Assembly (NCBI RefSeq): GCF_006345805.1
Contig: NC_042997.1
Coordinates: 28,520,001-28,584,000 of the forward strand
Direction of reading: 5' to 3'
DNA length: 64,000 nt
Origin: Octopus sinensis
Taxonomy: Eukaryota
Below the pieces are notes generated by a model, which searched no databases, was not told where the DNA came from, and worked only from the letters and a program-made list of their open reading frames with translations. Shown here piece after piece: positions 43,601 through 57,879 of this stretch. Position 1 is the first letter of the stretch. Each line of letters opens with the position of its first letter. Both the position numbers and the translations under genes were made by a program.

Positions 43601-45774
43601 GATATCATTTAACTCCCAAAAGAGTGAGGTACGGAGAATTACAGAAATGGGCGACAAGAAAGTGTAGTTCATCTTTATTGTGATGGACGTCCGCAAATAC
43701 TCCAAACCTATATCAGCTAGCGTGAAACCAAGTCCCTAATGAATAGCAAAACGCATATTTGGTAATTGGTGCAGTAGATATATGGGAATCAAGAGGATGC
43801 AAATGGAGATAGAGAGATGTGCGTGTGTGTGAGAAAATGTCTCGGTGCTTATAAACAATAGACACTGCAACATGAATGAGGAACAAGCAAATTCACCATC
43901 TTTAATGCGGTGAGAATTGAATGGCATATGAATCAATAAAACATTTTCTGAAAATTGTGGTAGTGTCGAAAAGATGGGACAGAATTTTCAAAAGAATTGC
44001 ATTAACTGGAGATACGAGGTAGCATCACCAGCTAGTTTGGGATAAATGCACTCTAAAGAATGCAAATATTATACAGTGAATGCACCTGGTGGGATGGATG
44101 TCTTCGCTACAGGAGAAATGGGATAAATTTGAGAAGTTGAAAACCTGGTTGAACCAAGAGTAGACGAAACTGAGAAGATATAGTTATGAATGGTTTTCTA
44201 AAGGACGGAAATAGAGAGACGAAGAATTCAATTAAACAGACCTCATAGGGTTATCACAAGGTTAGAATAGATGGTAGAATTGAATTGTAGTAAAATAAAC
44301 TAGGTGGAATAGCCGGAAGCAATAACGGTTGCAAGCTATTGGGAATGAAATTGGTACCCACGCTGAACCAATTTAAAAATCTGTATGTTACAGGAATGCT
44401 ATGGCGATTTCCTTCAGCTTGGTCAATTGGAACATTGATAGTATTGGTATCATTGGCCACCCTGGAAATAGTTGAACATTTACAATTGTTATTTTGTGGC
44501 TAAACTTACTCTAATGTCACCAATTATGGTCTTGAGTTTGCTACATTTATATCCTTGATATCCTCAGGAAGAGTTTCTTCAATACGAGATCATTCATTGT
44601 AATATTATAAACTAAGTTTACGAAATATGACTAACCATATTATAGATACTTTTTGTATGTTCTTCCCGTTCATATTCAAAGCAATATATTCCAAGATTAC
44701 AGTAAATATTAATCTCCACATATTTTAATTTTTAAATTTGTTAAATGAGATAATGCTAAATAGTAGACTTATAGTAAAGGGAATATGATGCTGTAGAATA
44801 TAATAGATAAATTCCAAAGTGTAAATTAAGCGTATATGTAAACAATTCTAAGATGTGTAGTTGCTTTGTCAGCAACACATAAATTCATTTACAGAAAGTT
44901 CTGAAGAAGTGCTCATAGATTGAAGAAATAATTTAAAATTCATAAATGCAAACAATAGGCAGAGAAATATAGCTTGATAAACTAACCTCTATGAGTTAAA
45001 TTCTCTCTCCTATATTTCAATGACATTCTTTTACATCGTTTAAACAAGCATTTTGCTTTAAAAGGTTGGGATCGGACGGACTGAAATGAAACAACGTGAA
45101 GGCGAAATTTAAAGGCACCATAACTACAAATTTCCCCATACTCAATATCAATACGAGGAAGATTTCCAGTATGAACACAAAAGCTCGTTAAATATTTACA
45201 ACTTTAATATCTGCTATTCAAAAGCGACGAGTCTTTCTAAAGCTTTAGTGTATCGTGCTAAGTTCTAATTTTAGATAACACTGAAACAAAAGTTTATTGC
45301 TTCCTTCAAATTCTGTTGAGAATGATTCTCAAATTTTCAGAAACATAGAAATACGATTTATTGTCTAATTATGCATATGTGTCTGGAGTTAAGCTATGGA
45401 CAATATATACAATTATATCGGTTGCTATATATACCGCATTCATCTCTCTACATTAAACATAATAAGGTGTGATGTCTGCCACTCAGGGAATTATAGCATT
45501 CTAACACATCTCTCGGAAAATGTAAAATTTTCTAGCTACTTCTCGCAATATATTACTGAAATTTCCAATTCACATTGGGTAACGTAGAATAGTACCTTTA
45601 TTGACAGGGTGACATACAATTAAAATGGAGATAAATAGGCATATAATTTAAGCAAATTTCATTTCTTCATCAATCCTGAATCATCATTAATAATGGCCAC
45701 TGGCTTTACTTTCATGAGAGGGGAGTGTATTGTAGTAAACTTAGTCATACATAACGGGAAAGTTTGCGAAAATA

Positions 45775-45915
45775 AACAAAAGACGAAGGCAGGTGGAGTA
45801 CAAACGAGCAAATGTATTAGGATAGCGCTCAGGAATAGAAATAGAAAAAGTTTTTTACGTTTCGAGCCTACGCTCTTCCACAGAATGATACACAGAAAAA
45901 AACAAGGAGAGAACA
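45775..45915 (-). mobile_element. Family B element with a hammerhead-like motif at 45853-45887
   Basis: Minus strand: ATT-CTGTGGA-A-GAGC-GTAG-GCTC-GAAA-CG-TA-AAAA. Confidence 0.7.
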
Positions 45916-46887
45916 GAGTATTATTTAATTTATTTCTTAATGACAACTTTCCCATCATCTGTTTCTTTGATGTCAATGCTCAGTGGCTTGTTTATTTTAT
46001 CGAGGATATACCAACGTCAAACTTGGAATAGCAATCATTACGCAACGTAAGTGAATATCACGTAAAGTATAATGCACACACATACGTACACACACACACA
46101 TATACATGTACAGGGTGAAATGGTTAATTTTTTGCGATTGTACATCAGTTATTTCGCGCATGCGCATCGTTTGTTTTTGATTTTGTCGACTACACAATAT
46201 AGTTGGGTCAGTTGGGCACTATATTCAAGAAAAACAACACCATCATCCTGTCCGAAATTGGGAAAGAACATGCTGTTCTTATTGATGTTGTTAGTATTGG
46301 TTTTGCTGTTGTTCATGTCACTTTTGTTCTAGTTGTTGTTGTTATTGTTGTGGCTATAGTTACTGCCACTGCTTTTGCTTTCTTGTTCCTGGTTGTTGCT
46401 GCTCTCACTACTACTGCAGCGGCTGTTGATGTAATTTCTACAGATGTTAGTTTTTCTGCTGGTATCGTTGTTAGTGTTTGTTGTACTTTGTACCATAACA
46501 GTCTTGTTCTTCCCTTCCTCCAATTCCACTGTATTGCTGCCCGTAACCAAGGGATGGGGAGGGAAATACCCATCTGTTACATTTTGGTAACAGGGTTTGT
46601 TTTGTTTACCCGCAACTTTCACAAGACGTGCTCTGCCATTTTGTTAAGTTTTATTGATTCCATTAAATTTTAACGCCCACCAAATTTGTTTGGTGAGCTG
46701 AAAATCGCCTCTCAGGAGGCTACACAACCATAAAAACCGGTAATATATTCCTGGTGCTTCTATTAACGACTTGGAATAAAATAATTACTGCAAAACAACA
46801 GCAAACCTGGTGTAAATAAATACTTTGAACCGAACTGTCTTGCAGCGCTTGAAAAAACCTCCGATGTGTTCCGCAGCAAATATATAA

Positions 46888-46976
<89 letters not shown>

Positions 46977-47015
46977 GCAACAACAACAACAGTAATAATA
47001 TTAATAATAATAAAG

Positions 47016-47060
<45 letters not shown>

Positions 47061-47077
47061 GTAATAATAATAATAAT

Positions 47078-47490
47078 GGGCTACAGCAAATAATTTGTTG
47101 AATACCACAGAGTTTTCTTGTCAATTGTTTGATCTTAACAAGTTGAGCATGTTCCTTAATGGTTGACGATATGTGCATCTCTGATCACGAGCAAAAGTAG
47201 TGGGTGAGCATCATAGCCATGTGTTGAGAGGAATACTTTGGATGTTTGAGCCATACACCTTAAACAAACCTTATCATCCTTAAACAAACCTTATTCAGGG
47301 ATCTTTTGATTGGGATGGGCTACTCGACCTGCAGAAAATTCTAACTCAGCCCCACCTGCAAGGTCATTTGCTGTTTCTCTTGATATGAGATCACCATGTC
47401 GCGCACATATGGCTGTGATGCTTGTACCTGGTGTACCGTTATGAGATGGTTAGTCATTATGGGTATACTAGGCTGGATGTCTTGAACTGC
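47078..47490 (+). mobile_element. Unclassified retroposon-like insert between (AAT)n arrays
   Basis: A non-coding block of about 410 bp flanked by (AAT)n on both sides and ending ...ctctctccttcgataataat. Family not identified. Confidence 0.45.
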
Positions 47491-47501
47491 TCTCTCCTTC
47501 G

Positions 47502-47585
<84 letters not shown>

Positions 47586-49759
47586 TAATAGAATAAATTT
47601 ATCTCATTAGATGATAGTAACTTTATACATGTGCATGGATCGCGTAGAACGCAGAAGAGATACATGTTCCAAGAATCAAACACTCGATGTATCTTTAATA
47701 TTCTGAGGAAATTCACCTTATTACGTAGCTGACTGCGGGAAAAATCAATTAACGCTTAACGTAATATTTCCCCCCACCACAAAATGTGACATGAAAATAC
47801 AGATACAGATTGCTACAGCTAAATATTCCTGGCTTACGTTTATTTACATGATAAGAAACAAATATCTGGATACAGCAATCATTCCGTCAAAAATTTTATA
47901 TCGATAATTGATTTTTTTAGTGAAAAAAAATCGGATTTTAATATTCAGACATGGGTGTTACAGCACACGCTAATATTTAAATCGTTGAGCTATGCTACAA
48001 GGTAACTTGCCCGTGTGTAATGAATAAATTAATACAAATCTTTCCATGAATATAACATTTTCCCGAGAAAATTAATAATCGTTTCGATACATTAAAGAAA
48101 TAGCCCTCGGTAATTCTGTTGATAGCCGAAAAATATTGAATGATTCATTACACAATCTTAACTTACATGTAAGCGCCAACATATATTTATTAATAAGATG
48201 CCTTTCCCACAAACAAGAATTGTTTAATAAATAGAAAATGATGTAGTAAATATATTTTTAAAACGATAATTTTTTAATTATTGTACCATAAATATCTATT
48301 TAGAACACTTGCTATATACTCAAAGGATATTTATGGTAATTAGCATAGAAATCATTCTAATGTACAGCAACAAGTTAATTAACAGAAATTTAATTATATC
48401 CGGCAAGCGGATAATTAGTTTTCTGTTTAAGGGTAAATTAAATGGGATATTAAAAAGTGCATGTATTTGCTATGCGCCCTTTACACAGGAGTATTTCTAT
48501 TCCACTTGAACTGTAATCGATATAGTGTTCTCAGGTTCTGTGATTTTAACATGGTCCTTCCTTGCTGAAACATTCATTGAGAAAATGCATTTGTTTACGA
48601 CAGTGATATTGAATATCAGTTGAAAATTTTATGCAACAATAGTTAGAAGAATACTAATTTTGCTGAAATATATATGTAATGTTTACTAAAGAAATATGTT
48701 TTAGTATTTTATGCTCCAGTTACTGATTTCCAATAATATGCCTAGCATAATCATTCCAAAAACAATATAAAAGTCAAACACACAATACGTTTCATGTGGA
48801 AATATTGCAATGGGTAACATTACTGCCGCTTTCATATAAATTTACAGCAATTGTTTACGCTCCATTCTCTTATAAAACACATCTAAGATATCTACACACA
48901 TAGGATGTCATATGTCAACATCTCCGTCAATCGGTTACCATATAAATTGCCATATAAATACCAAATAAATTAGAAAAATCTCTTCGATTACACTTCAGTA
49001 ATTGACTGATATGTAGAATGCATTATTGTATGAAACTGGATATCAATGCTATAGCATGAAGTTTACGTCAACTTTCCGCCTGTAATTCTTCTAAACTGAA
49101 CACTATTTCTAATGTTAAGATATTATTAGGCATCCCTTATACAAATACAATTTTAAAAAATATTAAAGATTTTCCAAAATCTTTCGCATAAGGTAAAGAC
49201 ATCAATAAACAGTACATAAGCTTAAATAATTTGGAAAATGATTCCATGGTGTAAATATTCCAAACTTTGAAAATAATTTAACCCTTGAAAGACTATAAAC
49301 TTTAAAGACTTATGAAAAGTATATTACTTGATGTAATGTGCCTTATAGATGTCTTTAATGAATTGGACTTACAATTGCATGAACTCAGGGGTTTCTCTAT
49401 TCACTGGGTAGAAAGTAGGGATTTATGCATGTTCGTAATGAACAAATTTCTTCGAACGTGAAAATACCTAGATTTAGGACAAAACGACTACTATATATGA
49501 GGAACGTTGCTTTCTACATATTTTATAATTAAATATATATACTTAGACACACAAACGCACACACACAAATTGTATGTATAGAAATTTTGAGAAAAACCTT
49601 GAGATTTATATATATATATATATATATATATAAGACCAGGCATGGCTGATGTATATATGTGTATGTGTGTATACCATTCTATATAAAATTACATATTACA
49701 TATATGATATATATATATATATATATATATATAGGTATGTGTGTGTGTGAGTATGTGTG

Positions 49760-50300
49760 AAGGTGCATAGCTCAGTGGTTAGAGCGTCGAACTTACGACC
49801 GTGGTGTTGTGAGTTCGAATCACGGATCGCGCTGCGTGTTGTGCTCTTGAGAGAGACACTTTATTTCACATTGCCCGTGTACACACAGCTGTAGAAATAT
49901 GTTGCGACGTCACAGGTGCTAACCTGTATTGGCCTTCGCCTTTCCGTTGGGTAACACTGGTGGCGTGGAGAGGGGTGACCGATATGCATGGGCGACTACT
50001 GGTCTTCTATAAACAATCTTTCCCGGACTTGTGTCTGGGATGGTAACTTTCTAGGTGCAATCCCACGGTAAGTCATGACCGAAGGGGATCTCTGTGTGTA
50101 TTTATGCGTGTATCTTTGCGTTTGTGTTTATCCCTCCGCCATCGTTCGGCAACCGATGCTGAAGTGCTTATGACTCCGTAACTTAGCCCTTCTGCAAAGA
50201 AACCGATGGAATAAGGAATAAGCCTAGGGGGCCTATTCCTTCGACTATAACCTCAATCATGGCTGCAGTTAAATGCTTGGAAGAAGTAAAAGAAAGAATA
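49760..50300 (+). mobile_element. tRNA-derived SINE (different head, decayed 3' half shared with the 28936 family)
   Basis: Head gcatagctcagtggttagagcg...gagttcgaatc (A and B boxes). The 3' part caaccgatgctg...cgtaacttagc...gtaaaagaaag is shared. Confidence 0.75.
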
Positions 50301-50302
50301 TA

Positions 50303-51782
50303 CAGCCTTGGCCAAAATTAAGGAGCAGGTATGATTAAAACTCATTTACTTAATAATTGTAAATAGTATTAAAAACATTCTGCATCCATCCTGTCAATAA
50401 TTAATTTTCATGTGTCCTCCTTTTGCATTTGTAAGCACTTTTATGCATTTTTGAGACGAAGTTAGCGGAAATGACTAGGTTAATTTTCTTCCACTAACGT
50501 TTGCTTCCTATTTTGTCAGTGAATACCTAATTGATAACATATGAAGCGTTAATATTTCTTGACAATGTCTTAGGAGAAATGGTTTCCTGAACCTCATACC
50601 CAGTGAAAGATTTTTCCAAGTTGAAACTGCAAGAGATTTCAAATACTCGAGAAGAGTTGTCCATCATATGACCAAATCTTTCAAAACCTGGATGAGGTTA
50701 CAAAAAGTGTACAACCACGAGGGAAGAGATGTTGCTGAAGACGACATCTCTGGCGGATAGGAAAAGGACATATTCTGACGTTACTGCTGAGTTTCAGGTG
50801 GCAAAAAATAAAAAAAAACAAGGAAGTATCAACTCGCACAGTGAGAAGATGGTTATTAGACGCTGGGCTTAAAGGATGTAAGGCCAGAAAGAAGCCATTT
50901 GTCTGAGGTGAACATGAAGCGATTGTCTTGGGTAAAAGAGCATTGACGATTCGACTGATGATGATTCAGCTTATGTTGTTTGGTCTGATGAAGGTAACTT
51001 TACTGTAGATACTCCACATTCATTTCCATCACTTTACTACGCATAATTGAAATTCTTATACCAGTACAAATTTCTTCTTGAATACCAAAAGTGATCAGCA
51101 AATTTGCTTTTCTTCTGATAAATTTGGAACCCCTGGAGCTGTTTATGTTTGCCGTAGAGTTGTAGAGGCTTATCATCCTAGGTGTGTTGTCTCCACAGTC
51201 AAATTTGGAGGTGGAAGTCTAACGTTTTGGGGTTGCATGTAGTCTTCAGGCCCAGAAATGTTGTCCACTTGTGAGGGCAGAATGAATTCGAGAGCTTACA
51301 CCAGCATGTTAGACAAGTTTATCAACCTCCCTTTGCTAAGTTTTCATTGATAACATCTGAGGTAGCGTAATCTTTCGACAAGATAATGCTCCATGCTTCA
51401 CATCCAGAGTTTCAAAGGGTTGGCTTGAGGAGAAAGGGATTAAATCACCCGCATCAGTCTCCGGACGTCAATCCCATTGAACATTAGTGGCCCCACTTAG
51501 GTACAAGTGTGAGGGTGCACAAATGTTCTTCAAAAACCGAATTAGAAGCCAAATTTTATGAAGAGTGGCAGAAAATTGACCCAACCACTTATGCCAACTT
51601 AATCTCAAGTATGCTAAAATGCGTAAAAGTGATTATAAAAACAAAAGGAGGATATATCAAATACTAATTATTGATGATCTTTTTCTAGAGTGATTATTGT
51701 AGTATTTCCATTTATTAAGTAAATGAGTTTCAATTATATTCTCTACTTTTTCACACCTACCGTATAAATTTGGCCAATATTA
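50303..51782 (+). mobile_element. Decayed Tc1-family DNA transposon
   Basis: Imperfect TIRs (ttggccaaa...aaactcatttacttaataa at both ends), TA flanks, and remnants GCKARKKP, WSDE, VKFGGGSLTFWGCM and QDNAP. Confidence 0.85.
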
Positions 51783-52209
51783 TATATATGTATATATGTG
51801 TGTGTGTGTGTGTGTGTGTAAGTGTGTGTATGTATATATGCATATTATTCTATTTCTGGCTGTTCACAGTATACATGGCAATTCATTATTACATGGAAAA
51901 ATGCGAGCAAGAGAAATAATATTCATAAGATTATAAACATCGAAAACTACAGGACAAGTTACTACTCTTGGAAAAGTACAGAATAAATCATTACATTTGG
52001 TGAAATACGGAACAAAGAGTTTTACTTCAAATATTGCAGCTAAGAATAAAATTTCATATAAAATATTTAGATTTAGAAAATATTAGATTTTATTAAAACT
52101 AAAATGTATATTATTGCTTCTATTTGTTATTACTTGTTAATTCTATTAAAAATAAAATAATTAAATTAAAATTTTGCACTTCAAAAAAAATCATTTTAAA
52201 AATTATTAA

Positions 52210-52430
52210 CCCATTAAGTCCCAGAGTACTTAAATTTCTGAATATTAGTTTCAAATTTTTGGCAGATTATTGAAAATAGGTTAAAATGAAAAAAAAAATT
52301 AAAACTACTTTACTTCAAGCAGAAATGGAAATACTCGGTGTCCTATAAATAGGACATTGAGATAATGTAATATAGCTTTTTTAATTTTCTCATTTAGCAT
52401 CCAATTAATAGGACAGTGGGACTTAATGGG
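52210..52430. mobile_element. piggyBac-like MITE
   Basis: Perfect 14-bp TIR cccattaagtccca / tgggacttaatggg. TTAA on the left, TTCA on the right. Confidence 0.8.
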
Positions 52431-52648
52431 TTCATTAATAATTAAGAATTTGAAGGTAGGTTATAAAATGTAATAGTAGTACAAAGTTAATAGAATAAAT
52501 AGGTTAATACAAAATTGGTTATATATTACAGCAAAGCTATCTATAACAGCAATTAGAAAGTAACATTTCCTTGAGTTATTGCCAAGTCTTCACATTTTAA
52601 TCTTGTTCCAATGCCTATTTGTTACATAATGAATTTACCTGCCATTTA

Positions 52649-52847
52649 CAGTAGTACCTCGGTTTTCGAACATATATACTGGGGAAAAACATTGAAAAAA
52701 CTTACTATACATTTGAAAAGGTATGATTATGTGTAATATAATGTGATCTGGTGATTAAAGGACACTAGGGTCACGTTTCTCTGCCTCAGTAGGTGTCATC
52801 AGCACTATATGTATTTATATATACATACATATATTTATATGCGTGCT

Positions 52848-52886
<39 letters not shown>

Positions 52887-52933
52887 CACGATTTATTCGT
52901 GATCAGAGGCGTTCGTAAACCTAGCTACTACTG
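52649..52933. mobile_element. Tigger-like MITE with a nested insert
   Basis: cagtagtacctcggttttcgaac / gttcgtaaacctagctactactg with TA flanks. Internal 52672-52808 is an inverted paralog of 55198-55342. Confidence 0.7.
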
Positions 52934-54214
52934 TATGCTATTCTACTTTGCATAAATATTTAGTTATAATAGTACTTGTAGCTCTCATTTTGAAATATTC
53001 TAGTGTATCAATATTATGAAATGCTGGTCCCTTTTTTAAATTATTATGTTACTTTGTAAATTAAAATCAAATAATATTCAGTATTCAAATTTTATCCTTA
53101 GCTGCAATATTTTAAGTAAAAAGTTTCTTGTTCTGTACTTTACCAGGTGTAATACATTGTCCTGAACTTTTCCAAGCGTAATAACTTGTCCTGTAATTTT
53201 GTAGGTTTATAATCTTCAGAATATTATTTCTCTTGCTCGCATTTTTCCATGAAATTCATGTTTCTTCCATTCAATGCTATTATGCTAATTAATAATGGAT
53301 AAAAAGTCGCGGTGTCATTGATAATTTTATCCTGACCTCAATGACGTCAGTGACATATATAGAACTATATTATCACCCTCAAATTTGAGAAACAAACATT
53401 CATAACTTTTTTTTAAAACTTCATTGCGCGAGATAGATACAAGGAAATTTCTCGAATTGAGCTCTATCATTTAAGCGTATTTCAAATATAAAAAAATATT
53501 AATTATACTTAAATACCATTTTTGCCTTCCTTATATTTATTTTCATATTTTCCCTCACATCTCTTTTCATACAAATGTTTGTTGCATGGGACGAAAGCTG
53601 TGAATTCTTCATGTTTTCTTCTATCATTAAAGCTAACATACATATATTTCGCTTTTAAAATTAAATAAAAAGTTATTTAGATCTAAACTTGATTGATTAC
53701 TCTCCTATAACGTTGCTAAAAATGTTGATATAAACTTGTTTCTACTGGATCAAATCTCAATTCTGTTAGGCCAAAATTTAGCTAGGGGCTAGTCCCCTTC
53801 GAAACTGTTAACAATTTTCAATCTGGTTAAGAACTGGATTAGATACTAGCTTCTGAAACATGCTGCAAGTGAGTAAATTGCGACCTTAAGAATATTATTC
53901 AACTAGAACTATATTTGAATGATTGATTTCCGATATCTGTACCAGTGCGTATTAGTAAATAATTTGTATATTGAAGTTATAAAGAAGAATCGCGGATTAT
54001 TGTTAAATATATTGCTTCAGGTTTCTATGCCTACTAGTACACAACAATGTCAAAACAGCAGTTCATCCACAGTCCCTTTACGTTAATCAGTCGAGTGTGT
54101 TAGGAACACACAACCATGTGAGAGATAAAATTGTTCTGTGATGAAAAACTACAGTTCTTTGCGTCTGAGTCTACAAGTATTTCTTGATAACGTTTATGCA
54201 AATCAACTTATTTA

Positions 54215-54457
54215 TTTCTTTATTGCCTACAAGGGGCTAAACATAGAGGGAAAAAACTAGGACAAAGGGATTAAGTCAATTACATCGATCCCAGTGTGTA
54301 ACTGGCACTTATCGACCCCGAAATTATGAAAAGCAATGTCGACCTTGGCGGAATTTGAACAAAGTTTACCACGGAGGAATTTCAACTCAGAACGTAAAGA
54401 TAGACGGAATACGCTAAACATTTCGCCCGGTATGCTAACGTTTCTGCCAGCTCGCCG
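54215..54457 (-). mobile_element. Central-domain SINE
   Basis: Reverse-complement match to 25765-25970. Confidence 0.8.
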
Positions 54458-55621
54458 CTTTGCAGATAAACATATTTGAAAAGGATATTTGTTACAATTT
54501 AGGTACTAACATAATGAAAGGGATATTTGCTGCAATTTAGATACTAACATTTCAGAGAATATCATTTCCAAAAAAGAAAAAAAACTATTTTTAACTGTCC
54601 ATCCATGCTAACTACTAATACAAAACTCAATATTATTAGTTAATTCAATGTTTCATATAATCATAAAGGCGATGACTCGTTCGATTTGCTTCGAGACGAA
54701 TTGTTTAATCAGATTGCTAAGTGCCATGTATTCTACTGTATTATTTGAGAAATGGACTTAAAGTAGACCTACCACACAAAAGAAATGAAAGTTACTAAGA
54801 CTTCAAATTTCTAATATTTCATTTAGATTAGTATTTAAATTGCTGATTAAATTTTGTGCATCAGAAACGTCCTATAATATCGAATTAATGAACCTATAGC
54901 TACATCTGCGACTGTGTGTCAGTGGTCAGTGTTAGTGTGTGTATGCATGAGTAGTTATATATATAATTTTTTTTATTAATTCATACTGAATATAAGGATA
55001 AAATCACGTTAATGATTTTTATCAAGTAGTCACCATGAAATAAAAATGTATAGGTAATTTATACATTAGATAACAATTATATATATATATATATACATAT
55101 ATAATTATTAAGTTAATGTATACACACACACACACACACGCACACACGCGCACGCACACAAAAACACGCATATAAAAATCTGTATGTATATATACATGTA
55201 GTGCTGTTGATGCCTACTGAGGCAGAGTAACGTGACCCTAGTGAACTTTAATCACCAGAAATTATGCAAATCATATTATATTTCACGTAATCATACCTTT
55301 TCAAATGTATAGTAAATTTTTTCAATGTTTTTCCCCAGTATATTTAAAGTGTGTATTCTAGTTCCCTGTCATGCAAAGATACAATATCTGTCGGTATGTA
55401 CACGTACGATAAACGGAGAACTTTAATGTCAACAAAATACTTTATTTCTTATTAAATTATGACATGTTAGTGGTGTGCTTGGTACTATTCTAAATTTATT
55501 TGTTGCTAAGATTACAAAGTGGAATGAGATGTAACATAGAAACATTAAACTAATTGGAATGCAAATATGTAAAAAGTCTTTTGCGTCTAGAAGAAAATTG
55601 CCCAGAGAGCAGTGTTTCTGC

Positions 55622-55665
<44 letters not shown>

Positions 55666-55669
<4 letters not shown>

Positions 55670-55865
55670 AATCCAAACATGAAAACACAACAACGCAAGG
55701 ACGTGGAACAAATATAGTATTATTGGACGCTCAGGAAGGAAGGGAAGAAGGAGGGTTTCACGTTTCGAGCGGAGCTCTTCGTCGGAAACGTAGGAGAAGG
55801 ATAAATCCAGGGAAGGGAAGACGGAGAAAAAAATTCCCAACGGTACACACGCGGTCACATTTGAA

Positions 55866-55868
<3 letters not shown>
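55666..55868 (-). mobile_element. Hammerhead-bearing element of about 200 bp inserted in (TA)n; motif at 55755-55789
   Basis: Minus strand: GTTT-CCGACGA-A-GAGC-TCC-GCTC-GAAA-CG-TG-AAAC with perfect stems I and II. (TA)n on both sides. Confidence 0.75.
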
Positions 55869-55928
<60 letters not shown>

Positions 55929-57059
55929 ATATATATCAGAACGCAAAGAATGATGTTAGCATAACTATAATATGCGTTCCGAGGTTTTAGTACCCTCCGT
56001 TTCAAATTTCATATACATATAAGTGATTCATTGTTGGGATATTAAGCAGTATAATTTTTTGAATATGTTAGAGTGGTACTTAAACAGACCAACATTTAGT
56101 TGAGTTTTTCACAATGTGAATACATATGGTTAAATGTTAGTCTGACGAAATGCGAATCCGAAATATACACCCACGTATACTGCGTAAATTTCCTCACAAT
56201 AATTTATATGCAATATAGAGGGAAACATCTGGTAGAAAAGTAATTTGCATGATATTAAAGTTATTAACTATTCATCTTTCAACTTCTTAAATCAGACGTT
56301 CCTCTTCCGAATACATACAAAATGATTTACTTGGTGTTCAGGCACAAGAGAATTTCGAATTGTTCTTTCTTTCAGTTCCATTCTAAGAGTGTAGAGAGCC
56401 AGGATGTATTTTCGAGTGCTACATTAAGAATACACAAAGATCCTGCGCTCTCAACATCTACACTATATATGTGCACATGGTAATGTATAAATCATAAATC
56501 AGTTTTGAAAGTATATGAGAACAGAATATATATTTTCTAAAGCCAGATTTTTATATGTAAAAGCAGAACACAAGACAAAAATAAAATTAGAACGCAACCA
56601 AGTTAGAGAATTTCCTTTTTTGTAATTTTTGCATGTTTATTTCAGTTTTAATATAAATAGTTAATCATCTATTCTTCGGAAAGAAAATATATATGTGAAA
56701 AAAGTACAAGTAGAAATGTCTGACCTTCACAGATGAGAATTAATGATATACAACGTTGCATAAATAACTTTACCAACATATAGGACAATTAAATTTTTGT
56801 CGCACGTATTTTTAATACTTTGAAATAGGAAAAGTGAATAAAATTCGAAATATGTTCTAAATATGAATATAACGATTCTCATATTCAATCACACGCACGC
56901 ACGCACACGTACGTAGCGTACAATATTCACACATACATATACATTACACACAGACACACACACATATATACATATGTACATATAGATAGATAGGTATAGA
57001 TGTATATATATGTGCGTGTGTGCATTTTGTGTGTGTGTATTAGTGTGTGGTTTTTATGA

Positions 57060-57091
<32 letters not shown>

Positions 57092-57104
57092 TATATATAT
57101 ATAA

Positions 57105-57140
<36 letters not shown>

Positions 57141-57640
57141 CTCTGTAAATGCATGTAAAAAATGGCAAAACAAGTTATGAGAGCCTTTTTAGTAACTAGG
57201 CCTGTTTTCAAGAATTAAACCGAGAAAATAGGCGAAGATATATCTAAAAATCTTATCCATATAAGCTAAATACTTTTGCATTCTATTATGTTTTAGTCTA
57301 TGATATAAAGTAGGTACTTGATAAGAAATTGGTTAATGCTTAACACAGTTTTATGGTTACCTGGGAAGACGTTTTCTTCTCAATCATATTGTTTCATTTT
57401 CTCATATTGTGTGCAACCCTGGATAAGTTGCCTGCACTATAGCTCCGGGATAACAAAAATATTCTTAGACGAAAACCGACACAAATTTGTACTACACAGA
57501 CACACACACTCACACACACGATCCACTTCTGCCAGCAATATATTGTTAACAAAGTGACCACCGGTCACTGATTTACAACAAGCAAATTAGCTTGTTAAAA
57601 AAATGTCAAAACAAGATAGAGTAACAACGTGTGCGAAAAT

Positions 57641-57685
57641 GCGGCTGACGAAGAGCCAACTAGCTCGAAACTGACCCATTCCCAC
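57641..57685 (+). ncRNA. Type I hammerhead with a canonical core and two stem mismatches
   Basis: GCGG-CTGACGA-A-GAGC-CAACTA-GCTC-GAAA-CTG-ACC-CAT-TC-CCAC. Confidence 0.6.
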
Positions 57686-57879
57686 GCTCCTGTTAGGTAA
57701 TGGAGTGTTAATAAGTGGTCGCTTTCCCTGCTAGCAATGTATTGTGTATAAAGGATGCAGATTCTGCATCGAGAACCACCTGGCGGAGAGTCTGCCTGAA
57801 GTTAGACTAGTAGTAACATTCATCTGCTACTTCGATGTAGCAACTTGTTTACGTATATATATATATATATATATATAAT

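Noticed and set aside
44254-44460. 68-aa minus-strand ORF after a ttccAG acceptor
   Set aside because: No recognisable domain, no donor before the stop, no supporting neighbour exon.
49760-49835. tRNA-like sequence (also 21595-21667 and 28936-29005)
   Set aside because: SINE heads with A and B boxes but no complete cloverleaf, continuing into SINE bodies.
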